Positions 1 through 10,300 of a stretch of DNA of 64,000 nt are shown in pieces (positions within the stretch are counted from its first letter, which is position 1; every line of letters begins with the position of its first letter). The notes beneath the pieces were generated by a model that was not told the DNA's origin, did not search any database, and saw only the letters and a program-made list of their open reading frames with translations. The DNA is from a virus. The DNA lies in the IMG/VR virus record IMGVR_UViG_3300025087_000044, positions 1 to 64,000 of that record, one strand, 5' to 3'. A program made the translations under genes and the position numbers.

Positions 1-127
1 AACTTGCAGAAAACATTGCCATAATCAGAGACAAGGGGACTGATTGGAGCGAATGTATGTTTGATGATATCGAAGAAGTTTGTCGTGAGTTTGACAAAAG
101 CGATAAATTCACAACCAAAGAGAATCG
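1..127 (+). repeat. Exact 127-bp direct repeat, copy 1 (copy 2 at 40859-40985); diverged homology continues to ~355
   Basis: Base-by-base identity of 1-127 with 40859-40985; first mismatch at 128 (C) vs 40986 (A). Confidence 0.95.
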
Positions 128-142
128 CGTTAATCAAGGCTT

Positions 143-379
143 ATGACAATATCAGATGAAGAATTGGGGAAAAAACTTCTCAAGTGGATTAGGCGGTATC
201 ATCAATATTGCCATAAAGTTATGGTTGAGTTACCAAATGGAAGCATTACAACACAATACAAAGAAGGCGATATTGTGATATGCAAAGCGTGTAAAGACGA
301 GATAGCTTTACTCGAGGCGGAAATAAACAGAAGGAATAAAAAGATAATTAAACAGAGAAAACTACATGGACTGCAATAA
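143..379 (+). CDS. Hypothetical protein, diverged homolog of 41001..41231
   Basis: Near-identical translation (LLKWIRRYHQYCHKVMVELP...CKACKDEIALLE). Confidence 0.75.
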   Translation: MTISDEELGKKLLKWIRRYHQYCHKVMVELPNGSITTQYKEGDIVICKACKDEIALLEAEINRRNKKIIKQRKLHGLQ

Positions 380-608
380 AGCGGTGGTTACGTTCTCCGC
401 CATTCGGTACATGGTCGGGTCAGGCTCGTATGGCGTGGGTTGCGTTTGCGACTGGGTGCGCGATAACGCCAAGGAGTTCAACGAGGGTCAACTGGAAACG
501 GCAATCAGGATAATCAGTGAAGAACTGGACAGGCATAGGAAGTTCGGCGAGGTTCGTTATGAGAAAGAGTGGCTGGAATTGATTGACTTTTTAAAAAACC
601 GCGCCTGA
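366..608 (+). CDS. Hypothetical phage protein
   Basis: ORF overlapping upstream stop, in co-oriented gene string. Confidence 0.6.
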   Translation: MDCNKAVVTFSAIRYMVGSGSYGVGCVCDWVRDNAKEFNEGQLETAIRIISEELDRHRKFGEVRYEKEWLELIDFLKNRA

Positions 609-719
609 AAATTGAGGCATTTGGCGTTACTCATCGCAACAGGCGTAAAACAAATATAACTTCAGTTTGGGTGCGAATCGCCGCGCCCGGCGTGTTCCTT
701 TATTTATGAAAATAAAAAT

Positions 720-1115
720 ATGTATACAACTAGCAACAAGTGGACTACAGCTAAAAAACAAGAGTTTAACGGCCACCTCTATGACAGCAAATTTGAATCA
801 GGTTATGCTCAAGAACTAGAACTTAGACTGAAAGCAAAAGATATAAAGGGATATGCCACTCAACAAAACTTAGACCTCATTGTTAATGGTTACGTAGTCT
901 GTCAGTACAGAATAGACTTCGTGATATTCCACAATGACGACACTATCGAATATGTTGAAACAAAAGGTTATCCCATAACTAAGGTTTGGGTATTAAAGTT
1001 CAAAATTTTCGAAGCATTGTATTCAGGAAAAGAAAATGTTAAGATAACAGTAGTGTATCAAGGGAAGCACCCTAAATTAAGGAAAATGAAAAAATATGTT
1101 ATTTGCAAAAGGTAA
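720..1115 (+). CDS. DUF1064-like PD-(D/E)XK endonuclease (putative resolvase)
   Basis: YDSKFES...YRIDFVI...YVETKG motifs. Confidence 0.8.
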   Translation: MYTTSNKWTTAKKQEFNGHLYDSKFESGYAQELELRLKAKDIKGYATQQNLDLIVNGYVVCQYRIDFVIFHNDDTIEYVETKGYPITKVWVLKFKIFEALYSGKENVKITVVYQGKHPKLRKMKKYVICKR

Positions 1116-1623
1116 TGTTCCGTGGAATAAAGGTATAAAAATGCCAATACACTGCGGTTTCCAAAAAGGACACAAAGCCTTAAGAACAAAAGAACAATAC
1201 AAATTAGCCGATAAGTCGTTTTTTAATAATCCAGAATATAAAGAAAAAATGAAACAGATAGCTATTAGCCATGGTTACGGTAAATGGATGAAAGATAAAA
1301 AGAGATCTAACGAAACAATAGAAAAAATTTCGAAAGCTAACACTGGAAGAAGAAAAATCAACCCATTGACACCTGAATACAAAAGAATAAGAACTAGTAA
1401 ATCTTGGATAAAGTGGCGCGAAGCAGTTTTTATTAGAGACAACTTTACCTGTAGGAAGTGTGGAATAAAGAACTCAAAAGGATATGGAAAAACAATTGAG
1501 CTTAATCCACATCATATAAAATCATTTAAAGAACATCCAGGATTGGCTTTTGATATAAGAAATGGCGTTACACTTTGCAGAGAATGTCACAAAAAAACAG
1601 ATAGTTGGGGTCATCATAGTTAA
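1096..1623 (+). CDS. HNH homing endonuclease with NUMOD3-like DNA-binding motifs
   Basis: FAKGNVPWNKG, RSNETIEKISKANTG, WREAVFIRDNFTCRKC, HHIK...NGVTLCRECH. Confidence 0.9.
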   Translation: MLFAKGNVPWNKGIKMPIHCGFQKGHKALRTKEQYKLADKSFFNNPEYKEKMKQIAISHGYGKWMKDKKRSNETIEKISKANTGRRKINPLTPEYKRIRTSKSWIKWREAVFIRDNFTCRKCGIKNSKGYGKTIELNPHHIKSFKEHPGLAFDIRNGVTLCRECHKKTDSWGHHS

Positions 1624-1687
1624 GTTGACTGTAGTATATCAAGGGAATAATCACCCCAAAATGAGGAAACTTAAAAAGAAAATATGA
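1622..1687 (+). pseudogene. Orphaned second copy of the DUF1064-like gene 3' end
   Basis: Translates KLTVVYQGNNHPKMRKLKKKI*, matching KITVVYQGKHPKLRKMKKY encoded from 1041. Confidence 0.85.
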
Positions 1688-1986
1688 TTGAACAAACCAA
1701 CTCACTTGACCCACGCTACTGGGCGGAAGAACGAATGAAGATAGCCGATTACTACGCCAAGGCTGGTGAGCAGGCGGTCGCTCTCATGCGCGTCCACGCC
1801 GCGTATTATAAAGCACACCGCCCGGAGCATAAAAGCGACGCGTCCGTGGAGCGTTCGTGGGAACTGACCGATGAGGGTTTGAAGTTAATGGAACTGAAAG
1901 CCAAAATGAAGAGCTACGAACACAAGTTATCAGCCATAAGAACTTTACTTGAAGTCGCGTCCAACGAAAGTCGTAATAATTATTAA
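1684..1986 (+). CDS. Hypothetical helical protein
   Basis: Clean 100-aa ORF with coiled-coil character. Confidence 0.7.
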   Translation: MIEQTNSLDPRYWAEERMKIADYYAKAGEQAVALMRVHAAYYKAHRPEHKSDASVERSWELTDEGLKLMELKAKMKSYEHKLSAIRTLLEVASNESRNNY

Positions 1987-2060
1987 CCAAATATCTCTAT
2001 GGCAATCCTATTCGCTATCGCGGTAACGTTCTTAATCGTGAGAGTTAGCTTGGAATACGT

Positions 2061-2243
2061 ATGAACTCCAAATCATTCATTCGGTTTCTGCTTTACAAGA
2101 AACTGCAGGAAATAAAAAAGTTCCGCAAAATGCTGGCGGTATTCACCAGCGAAGATGACTTGTGGAAAAGCCAAGGTTTGAATAAGCTCTACGTTGAGGC
2201 TGATAAGCTAACCGTCAGGCTGGAGCAAGCCGCTAAAATATGA
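2061..2243 (+). CDS. Hypothetical protein, distant homolog of 41747..41947
   Basis: Shared LW-x4-L-x-KLY-x-EA pattern. Confidence 0.55.
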   Translation: MNSKSFIRFLLYKKLQEIKKFRKMLAVFTSEDDLWKSQGLNKLYVEADKLTVRLEQAAKI

Positions 2244-2470
2244 GAACGCTGGTACTTGTCTGCAAGTGCGGAAAGAAGTTGTTGCTCAACCACCCCGACA
2301 GGGTAATTCCGCACTCCACCGGTTGGCGCGAGCCGTTCGAGGCGCAATTCGGAAAGGTCAACATCCAGCCCGCTAAGCAGTTCAGCGGATATAAGAGAAT
2401 GTTTAATAGCGAATGGGCGGAATATCAATGCGTTAAATGCAACCAAGCCGGTACACACGGCTTAAAGTAA
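2240..2470 (+). CDS. Small zinc-ribbon protein
   Basis: CKCG ... CVKC; ATGA overlap with upstream gene. Confidence 0.6.
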   Translation: MRTLVLVCKCGKKLLLNHPDRVIPHSTGWREPFEAQFGKVNIQPAKQFSGYKRMFNSEWAEYQCVKCNQAGTHGLK

Positions 2471-2650
2471 TATGGAATTTCTATCAGACTATCCTCCAAT
2501 TTGGGAAACAGCCGTCTGGCTGGCCTGCGTTATCCCAGCCACAGCGATACTGTTGGCGGTTGTGGCGATTGCGACTGTGCTGTTGTGGCACGCCATTCTT
2601 TACGTTTATGAGAATTTCGACGAGTTGAATAAAGTCTAACAACCAAACTT

Positions 2651-2914
2651 ATGTTCTGGACAATCGTTCTGGCTATCTTATTCGTTTGCGCTCTACCGTA
2701 TATTATCTGGCTTAGCGGTGCTTTTATTTATTGGGTTGGGTGCGGTCTATTTTGGCTCTACCGCTCAATCAAGGAAAACAAAAAAGCACAAGATAACATT
2801 TGTTCATCGTTAAAATCATTAAATAAGTTTATAAATTCACTGCCTGCTTTCGTGCTATGCTGTTTCGGAGTATCGATTTTCTTGCTCTTTACTTTTTTTA
2901 TTGGTCGGATGTAA
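2651..2914 (+). CDS. Small membrane protein, convergent with the ejection-protein gene
   Basis: Two long hydrophobic segments. Confidence 0.6.
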   Translation: MFWTIVLAILFVCALPYIIWLSGAFIYWVGCGLFWLYRSIKENKKAQDNICSSLKSLNKFINSLPAFVLCCFGVSIFLLFTFFIGRM

Positions 2915-2918
2915 ATAA

Positions 2919-2952
2919 TAAAAAGAGAACGGATTCGTTCCGCCTCTTTTTT
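2919..2952. terminator. Probable bidirectional intrinsic terminator
   Basis: AAAAAGAG..CGGATTCGTTCCG..CTCTTTTTT between convergent genes. Confidence 0.6.
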
Positions 2953-2958
2953 GTTTGT

Positions 2959-5508
2959 TTATTTTACTTTGTCCCACTCTGCTTTTAGTTGCGAGCGGGT
3001 TTTGATTACATTCTTATTCCATACTCCGTAATTAGCACCAAACTTGCTTTCTTGTGTAATCATTCCGTCATAGCCAAGTTTTTTTAGTGCTTTTTTTACT
3101 TCTGGCATTTCTGCAAAATATGCTTTACCATCTTTTATTCCTTGAATAATATCAGTAGAGCTATGAACAGGATTTGACAAACCGCCTGTCTTTTCCGATA
3201 TAGTCAATTTAGTACCGTCTGGTTTTGTAATAATAATTGTCTTACCTGTTTCTTTTGGAGAGATAATTTCATCTATTTGTTTAATTAAATCTCTACTTGG
3301 TTTCCGCAAATCAGCAATCTTTGCATTTTTTGAAAGAGAAATCTCGTTAAGTGTAGAACTTTTTCCTCCATAAGATTTTGCATAGGTTGGATTTTCTGTC
3401 ATATAGAAAGCGCCCCACTTGCTACGCATATTTCCAACCTCTTTTAAGTTTTCTCCTCCGTGATACAAAGTCTCGCCCTGCCCCTTCACCCACTCGTCAA
3501 AAGACAGTCCTGACGCTTTGGCCTCCACCGCGGTAAGATTGCCAGCCTTGGGCGCTATCGCCTCACCTGGGGCAGTTTTGAGGCTCTGAGGTGTTGTTTG
3601 TGGCACAACTGCCTCAGCTTTTGGGAACAACTCGTCCAGTAATTCACGCAAAGCTTTACGTTGATCTATTGCGTTTGGCACCCCTGCCTTAGATACATAC
3701 TCAATTAACTCGGGAATGCCAGCTCTTATTCCTCCAGAAAAACCTGTTTTAGGAATAGTGTCAGGGTACAACTTTCTTAATTCTTGAGCAAAAGCTGCTA
3801 CTTGCTTAGGTGTAGCATCTGCGTAACCTAACTGCCGTGCCAATTCGTCCATTTTATCAGCTACTGCCTCAAAAACAGGCGAACTCTGAGCTTCGCCAAA
3901 TATCCTGCGAAGATTTACTTTTGCAAATTCAGCTCCGTCTGCCGACTTGGTAACATTGAAATTGGGCGTTCTGAATATGCTGTCCTCGATGTCGTCCGTA
4001 ATTAAGACCAAATCACGATACTGTTTATTTAACGCTTTAACTTCAGGCGAAATGTCGTCTAGTTTTTTAGAAAAAATATCTCTAAATACACTAAAGATAC
4101 TCTTACTTCCTTCAGGTGTTTCTATTATGATTTCTCCTACATCTGCCATTCTGGCTTCTCTCTGCAGTTTACTGAATAATTGATCCTTCTTTTTGATATC
4201 TAAAGGACTTAAATTTTTACCTCCTTCCGATGCCATATCAAATAATTGTTGAATAGCGGATCTTTCTGATGGCTTTAAATTAGTAACTTTAAATTTAAGC
4301 TTTCCTTTCGCTCCCACCTCGATACCTTGATCAGATAAAACTTTTCTTACCTCTAAAAAGCTATCCATCATGTCTATCTTCTCTGTCTTGGATAGGCCTT
4401 TAATTAAATCTCCTATTGCAGACCCCACTCGCTTCTTCTCTTTGCTTATAAAGCTGAACTGCTTAACGGCTAAGTCACCGCTGATCTTTGACGGCTGAGT
4501 TATTGCACCAATCGTTTTGGGCGGATTATCAGCCAAATCCAATACTTGCCTATAAGCTCCGACTGTCGGCTCATCTGCTTCAATTACCGTATTTATTATC
4601 CTCTCGTCTAAGTTTGACTCCATGGCGCGTTTAGCTGCAGGCGAAGACTCTTTTATTTTCGCAGCCCTTACCGATGCGGTTTCTAGTCCCTCGCCAATTC
4701 TTTGAGCCACCCTCGGGATTCTACCCAGAAAATCTTTTCCGGTTTGTAGAAGCCCCGAAGCGGCGGACATATCAGGGACTGCCGAAGCAAGCTCAGACCC
4801 TCCTCTTGCAATCGCCAACAAAGCTTTATTACCAGCAGACCCTGTAGCTTCCGCAGCCTTTAATGCGGCACCCTCAACGCCTTTGGCGATTGGCCCAGCA
4901 CCAACTATAGTAGTCACAATATCAACAACACCTAACAACCCCCTAAGGTCAGCTGCAGTTTGCGGATTGGCTTCTTCCCATTCGTTGTATTTCTCAACCC
5001 CCTTAGACAGATACATTAACCCCTCTCTTATTTTAGGCTGTTCTATTGCTTGTTGCGCCTTTGCACCTAAATAATCTTGTACTACCTCAGGCGTGAGTTT
5101 CTTGGCGGCAAACTTAAGTCCTTCAAAAATTAGATCGCCAACACCGCCAGTCACTTCGCCAACCAGCTGCAGTCCGCTCCTAGCGGCTCCTTGCGTTTGA
5201 TTTTCATTACCTCCTCCTTGTATTGGAGCCGTCCTGTCATAAATACTCTTAATACGGTCAACTCTCTTACCCAACGAGTCAGCCAAAGTAGTAGCAGCTT
5301 CTTCTGTGTATTGTTTTTGCTTTGACGGATTCAAGAACGCTGGCAAGTAATCAAGCACCCCGTACTTTTTGTCATTTTTTTCTTTTAAGTAGTCATATTT
5401 ACCGGCCGCCACCTTGTTTTTATCAACAAGCAATGAATTTGAAAATCCGGGGGCAGGAGATAATCCAGCTCCGGCTCTGATTTCCGCTATTTGTTCTGGT
5501 GTAAGCAT
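2959..5508 (-). CDS. Putative DNA-ejection/internal virion protein with C-terminal ADP-ribosyltransferase-like (ART-PolyVal type) domain
   Basis: Last gene of late operon, Ala/Gly-rich helical body; C-terminal LYHGG...AFYMTENPTYAKSYG...LGYDGMI...YGVWN. Confidence 0.65.
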   Translation of the reverse strand: MLTPEQIAEIRAGAGLSPAPGFSNSLLVDKNKVAAGKYDYLKEKNDKKYGVLDYLPAFLNPSKQKQYTEEAATTLADSLGKRVDRIKSIYDRTAPIQGGGNENQTQGAARSGLQLVGEVTGGVGDLIFEGLKFAAKKLTPEVVQDYLGAKAQQAIEQPKIREGLMYLSKGVEKYNEWEEANPQTAADLRGLLGVVDIVTTIVGAGPIAKGVEGAALKAAEATGSAGNKALLAIARGGSELASAVPDMSAASGLLQTGKDFLGRIPRVAQRIGEGLETASVRAAKIKESSPAAKRAMESNLDERIINTVIEADEPTVGAYRQVLDLADNPPKTIGAITQPSKISGDLAVKQFSFISKEKKRVGSAIGDLIKGLSKTEKIDMMDSFLEVRKVLSDQGIEVGAKGKLKFKVTNLKPSERSAIQQLFDMASEGGKNLSPLDIKKKDQLFSKLQREARMADVGEIIIETPEGSKSIFSVFRDIFSKKLDDISPEVKALNKQYRDLVLITDDIEDSIFRTPNFNVTKSADGAEFAKVNLRRIFGEAQSSPVFEAVADKMDELARQLGYADATPKQVAAFAQELRKLYPDTIPKTGFSGGIRAGIPELIEYVSKAGVPNAIDQRKALRELLDELFPKAEAVVPQTTPQSLKTAPGEAIAPKAGNLTAVEAKASGLSFDEWVKGQGETLYHGGENLKEVGNMRSKWGAFYMTENPTYAKSYGGKSSTLNEISLSKNAKIADLRKPSRDLIKQIDEIISPKETGKTIIITKPDGTKLTISEKTGGLSNPVHSSTDIIQGIKDGKAYFAEMPEVKKALKKLGYDGMITQESKFGANYGVWNKNVIKTRSQLKAEWDKVK

Positions 5509-5513
5509 ATTGA

Positions 5514-7376
5514 TTATTTAATTCCTAATAATTGAATCATGTCTTCTTCAGAAATCCCCGGATTGAGTGCCGCCAAAGCATTGTACTCATTAATTAATTG
5601 CGGATTATCACTGAGCGTTTGTTCCAATACACTGATTATTCCATCATCGCCACCTGCGGCAATTAAGGCACTTTGTGCTATCTTTTTTATTCTATTAACT
5701 TCCTCCATAAATATCTCGCGTGAGACCTCCCATCGTCCAATGCCATTGCCTTTATCATCTTTAATCTCCCAATCCTTTAATTTTGTAGCCGAATTTTGTA
5801 ACATCAATCTTTCCGTATCAGATAAAGCCCCCAATGTCCCGCCTGCTTTTTTTAAATTAAGCAAAGCGTCTAATGTCTCCTTATCTGTCAATCTGTGTAC
5901 GGAAGCTTTAAAAGCCATTCTTTCGGATTTATCTATTGTTACCGGCGACCATCGTTTCAAAGCATACGTTCCGACAGACCCCAATAGTCCTTTTTTATTA
6001 TCTTCAATCTCATCAATTAATCCTAATTTATCTTGAAATGCCATTGTAGCCTCAAGATTGGATGCTGAAGTTCCTTTCAGTTTGGCTACCGCATTCATGA
6101 CATCAATCTTCATTTTAGAGTTCTTTCCTATTTCATCCATAACTTGCGCCATTGTCAGTTCTTTATCCACAACTTGTCTAGCCCAAACCATCGCCTCGCT
6201 ATTGTCCGCTATGTCAGTCGCGTTGTGTTGAAAAGTCTTAGGATCTATTAAGTTGCCGTTTTTATCTTTAACTTCTAAATGCAAATGCACTCCTCGCCCC
6301 GCAGCCAATTCTTCAGCCGATGGTGCTGTGCCATCACCTTTTAGCACATAACCAGTATTACCCATTAAACCTATCTTTTGACCTGAAGTTACAGATTCGC
6401 CCATTTTGACATTAACATCATTGAAATGCGCCATTCTCCACTTATTTCCATTTGCGTCTTCAATAACGACAGTAGTTCCCCAGCCTGGAGTACTTTGCGC
6501 TTCCACAACCTTGCCTGATATAGGAGATGTTACAGGTGAATTAAGAGTTCCAGTTATGTCATATCCACCATGTGTTTTCCTGCCGTCTTTAAAATACGAA
6601 ACAGGGGTATCATAGCTTTGTATTGGCTCAACACCCCAATCAGACAACCATTTATTGAAATCAGCAGAACTCCCAACATCTCCACTTTGAGGCTTAATCC
6701 AAGTCCTTGTACTGGTATCCCATTGCTCTAATTGACCATCTCCATCAATATCTTCCATTGTTGGGGCTTTGCCGTCATTCGGAGTGGTTTTGAGATACTC
6801 ACCCCATTTAACAAGAAGCTCATCAGACATTCCGCCATTAACAATGTCCTCAAAATCCTTGCCTGTTAATTGAGAAGCAAATGGCGTGGCTAACATATTC
6901 TGCAGTATTCCACTGCCTATGGCTCGCATCTCTTTCTCTTTGGCGGCGCGTTGAGTTTCTTGCTCCTTAATCATGCTCATTGTGGAATTGTAAATATCCA
7001 CCACCGTCCCGGAACGACGCTCTGTTTCACTGCTAATGGCATTTGAAATTAAAGTCGGATTCTGGATATTCAATCCGGCTTGCTGGTACTGCTGCATTGT
7101 GTCAGCACCCGTCCGATTGCCGTAAGCCGACCTCGCTATCTGCTTCATAGCTAAAGCAAAATCATTGCCCTCAGCAGGCACATCACCGGGAAGCGAACGA
7201 TTCATTGAAGGAAGAGTGCCTTCAAGAGAACCGCTTTCCACTGGAGCTTTTTGATTTGGGGCTGAAACTTCTTGCGCTTTGCCAGTCCAAGACTTTTGCC
7301 ACTCCGTAGGGCCGATGTGCCTGTTTGTGTTGGCTTCAAAAATGTCCTTTCCGACTCTGTAAAATTGTAATGCCAT
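5514..7376 (-). CDS. Putative ejection protein with internal M23 peptidase domain
   Basis: HGGYD (HxxxD), SPISGKV, GWGTTVVI, MAH, GLMGNTG, HLHLEV. Confidence 0.8.
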   Translation of the reverse strand: MALQFYRVGKDIFEANTNRHIGPTEWQKSWTGKAQEVSAPNQKAPVESGSLEGTLPSMNRSLPGDVPAEGNDFALAMKQIARSAYGNRTGADTMQQYQQAGLNIQNPTLISNAISSETERRSGTVVDIYNSTMSMIKEQETQRAAKEKEMRAIGSGILQNMLATPFASQLTGKDFEDIVNGGMSDELLVKWGEYLKTTPNDGKAPTMEDIDGDGQLEQWDTSTRTWIKPQSGDVGSSADFNKWLSDWGVEPIQSYDTPVSYFKDGRKTHGGYDITGTLNSPVTSPISGKVVEAQSTPGWGTTVVIEDANGNKWRMAHFNDVNVKMGESVTSGQKIGLMGNTGYVLKGDGTAPSAEELAAGRGVHLHLEVKDKNGNLIDPKTFQHNATDIADNSEAMVWARQVVDKELTMAQVMDEIGKNSKMKIDVMNAVAKLKGTSASNLEATMAFQDKLGLIDEIEDNKKGLLGSVGTYALKRWSPVTIDKSERMAFKASVHRLTDKETLDALLNLKKAGGTLGALSDTERLMLQNSATKLKDWEIKDDKGNGIGRWEVSREIFMEEVNRIKKIAQSALIAAGGDDGIISVLEQTLSDNPQLINEYNALAALNPGISEEDMIQLLGIK

Positions 7377-7377
7377 A

Positions 7378-10300
7378 TTATGTTGTGAATTTAAATGGGT
7401 CTTGCTGATTTATCAATGTATTCTGCAAGTCCAGTATCTTTTGTTGTCTCTGGTCTTCAAGCGAGCCGACTACAGGAGTGGCTTGCGTTCCAAGGCTTGG
7501 CGCACCCGTAGGAAGATTCGCCGTTCCCATAGCTCCCTCAGCCTTTCGCCAGATACTCGTTGCCGCCTCAGCACCCTGCCTAGTAGTGTCTTGAATGCCT
7601 TGTTCCGCCGTTTGAATGCCTCTAAGCCCGGTTGTTTCCAGCTCTCTTAGCGATTTGGCAGCCGCTGAACTTAACGCCTGAGCTTGAGATTGATTAGCTT
7701 CACTTAGTCTTTGTTCTGCTAATTTCCGAGGACTGGAAAACGCCAAGCCTTGCTCTGCGGCCTGTTGTGATAAATCAGTCAAATTCGCTTTATAAGTCCT
7801 TAACAAATCCGACATTTGAGCTTGCTGATCCAATGTTAAAGTCTCCCTTCCATAAGCAAGGTCTTGATTTATCTGGTTTATTTTCGTCTGGTATTGGCCT
7901 ATGCTTGACAATACATCTTGCTCATTTGAAGCTAATGCGTTGGTCACCTCGTCTCTAGCCATCAATAACTGGCTTCTCCACCACGGATCGGCTGTCTTTA
8001 CCGCCTCATCCAACGCTTTAGCCGCCTCCTGTCCTTTAAGCGTATTTGCTAAGGCGATAGCATTGTATTGGTCAATCAATACCTTCTGTTGGTCGGGGTC
8101 ATAACGCTTGATTATAGCCAGCGCGTCAGCAGATATTCCATCATAATTAAGGTCGCCCTCAGTTTCAGGCACGACAGGTGCAGTTGGAGCGGTAGGCATC
8201 GGTGCGCTATTAGTAGCCCAATTCCAGTTTAGTTTGTCAGTTTCCGACCAATCAGCAGCGGGTTTGTTGTATAAATCAACAATGCTTTGACGCTGAGAAT
8301 CATTTAATCCATCCCTAAATGGGATTAGAGTGTCACTTCCAGCAGCAGGAGCTGTTGGTGCAGATGGGGCAGTAGGTGCTACTGGCGCTGTTGGTGCTGG
8401 AGCATTATTAGTTGCCCACTTCCAATTAAGCGTATCTGTTCCTGACCATTGTTCGGGCGGTTTATTATATAAATCTATTATGCTTTGTTTTTGAGCATCA
8501 CTAAGCCCATCTCTAAATGGTATCATTGTATCACCGCCTACGGCTGGCGCAACAGGAGTAGTAGGAACAGTTGGACTTGCGACTGGTGTTGTTGTTGGAA
8601 GCGGAGCAGAGTTTGTAGCCCAATTCCAATTAGAGCGATCTGTGTCTGACCACGAAGAAGATGGCTTATTTGTAAGTGCAATTATAGACTGCTTTTGAGC
8701 GTCCGTTAATCCTGTCCTAAAAGGAATAAAGGTGTCAATGTTTGAATTTGGTGTAGGAGTGGTTTCAGTTGGAGTGGTGGTTGTTGGAGTTGTCACGGGC
8801 TGTGTAGTCGGTGCTGTCGGAGGAGAATTTATTGGTTGCGTTACAGGCTGTGCAGGTTGTGGAGCTAAGGTTTGATTGGGCGCAGTCACTCCTGCCGGCG
8901 GATTATCACCGTAATCTTTAGCGCCAGCACTTACTGCTGCAGAAACTTGCGCCATTGTTCCTAAATAGTTTCCGTCTTGGTCAACGTAATTCCCATTCGA
9001 CTTATATACGTATTTAGCAGGTAATGAGGATGTTGGCGGTTCAATTGTCGGGGTTGTGGGTTGTGGCACGACTGGAGGCGCTACAGGGGCTTCAGGCGTG
9101 GTTGGCGCTTTGTAACTGCCACTAGTTAATCCCCAGCCTTGTGATTGCAAATCAGATGCCTGAGTGCTTCCTGTTTTTACTACTTTCTTTGTGTTGTTTG
9201 GTCCATACAACGTGGCGGCAAGTGTTCCTGGGTCTGTTAATGTTGTAGAGTTAGGAACGGCTACTCTTTCTCCTGATTCAGTAAACGCCCACTTTGTGCC
9301 TGTCGGCGGTTGTACACCCGAATACATAATTCCCGGATTCCATGGTGGATTTTGAGTATAAATAGCGGTAGATTTTATATCAGGTGCTGTAGATTTTGAT
9401 TCAGGTGTTGCTGCAGGAGTGGTAGCAACCGGCGGCACTGTTGTAACTGGGGCGGTTGGTTGTGTTATCTCCTCTTGACTTGGCGCGTCAATTATCGTGC
9501 CCTCGCCTTTGGCGACCAGCGCGTCAGCTGCACTCTTAGTCATTTGCAACTTGTTTACTCCTTTTTGCACCCAAACCAAAGGGTCTTCTGCTGGAGCGGA
9601 AGGTTGCTGGACTGTAGGATTAGGCGTAACCGTTACCGGCCCGGCATTAAAATTAGGATTAGCTTGATTAATCATCGTGTTAGCTTCATCAACCGTTGTA
9701 GCCTTGCCGTCTGCGATTAACTGCAAATCATTTCGTTGAAACTCGGGAGCCGGAGCTTTTACCGTATCCATCTGTTTTTGCTCATCGGCTGTTAAGCTGT
9801 CTTTCCCTGGCGATACTTGAGGAAAGCCCAATGTCTTAAAACTCTTCAGCATATCCAAAGACGTAGCAACAGTTTTCTGGCCTGCGTTATTGATGAACGT
9901 ACCGTAGTCCTTTAACCCAGCGTCCTGGATTTTTCTCCAATCATCATAAGCTGTAGTTTTCCATTTACTTAAATCGGTAGTGGTAAATCCAGCATCTTTT
10001 GCCACTTTAGAAAAAGCACCACTTAAAGTATCCCAGCGTGAAATTCCGACTAGATACCCCTGCTCAGCTCCTGCTGCATACCTAGATAGATTCCTGAAGT
10101 CCCCCCTGTTTGTAGTGTCATAGATAGTAGCCCCTGAAGGATTAATTAATTGATAATGATTCCAACCTGTTCCATTATTAACAACTTCCACTACTTGCAT
10201 TTTGTAGCCATTACCCACGTCAACACTTTGTCCGCTCGTTAATCCTTTCCAATTAGAATTGATGGCGTTGTTTATTGCAGAAGCCATTGAATCGCCTATC

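Noticed and set aside
1-127. Biological terminal repeat of the virion DNA
   Set aside because: Lies mid-gene and its length equals a typical assembly k-mer, so more likely an assembly feature
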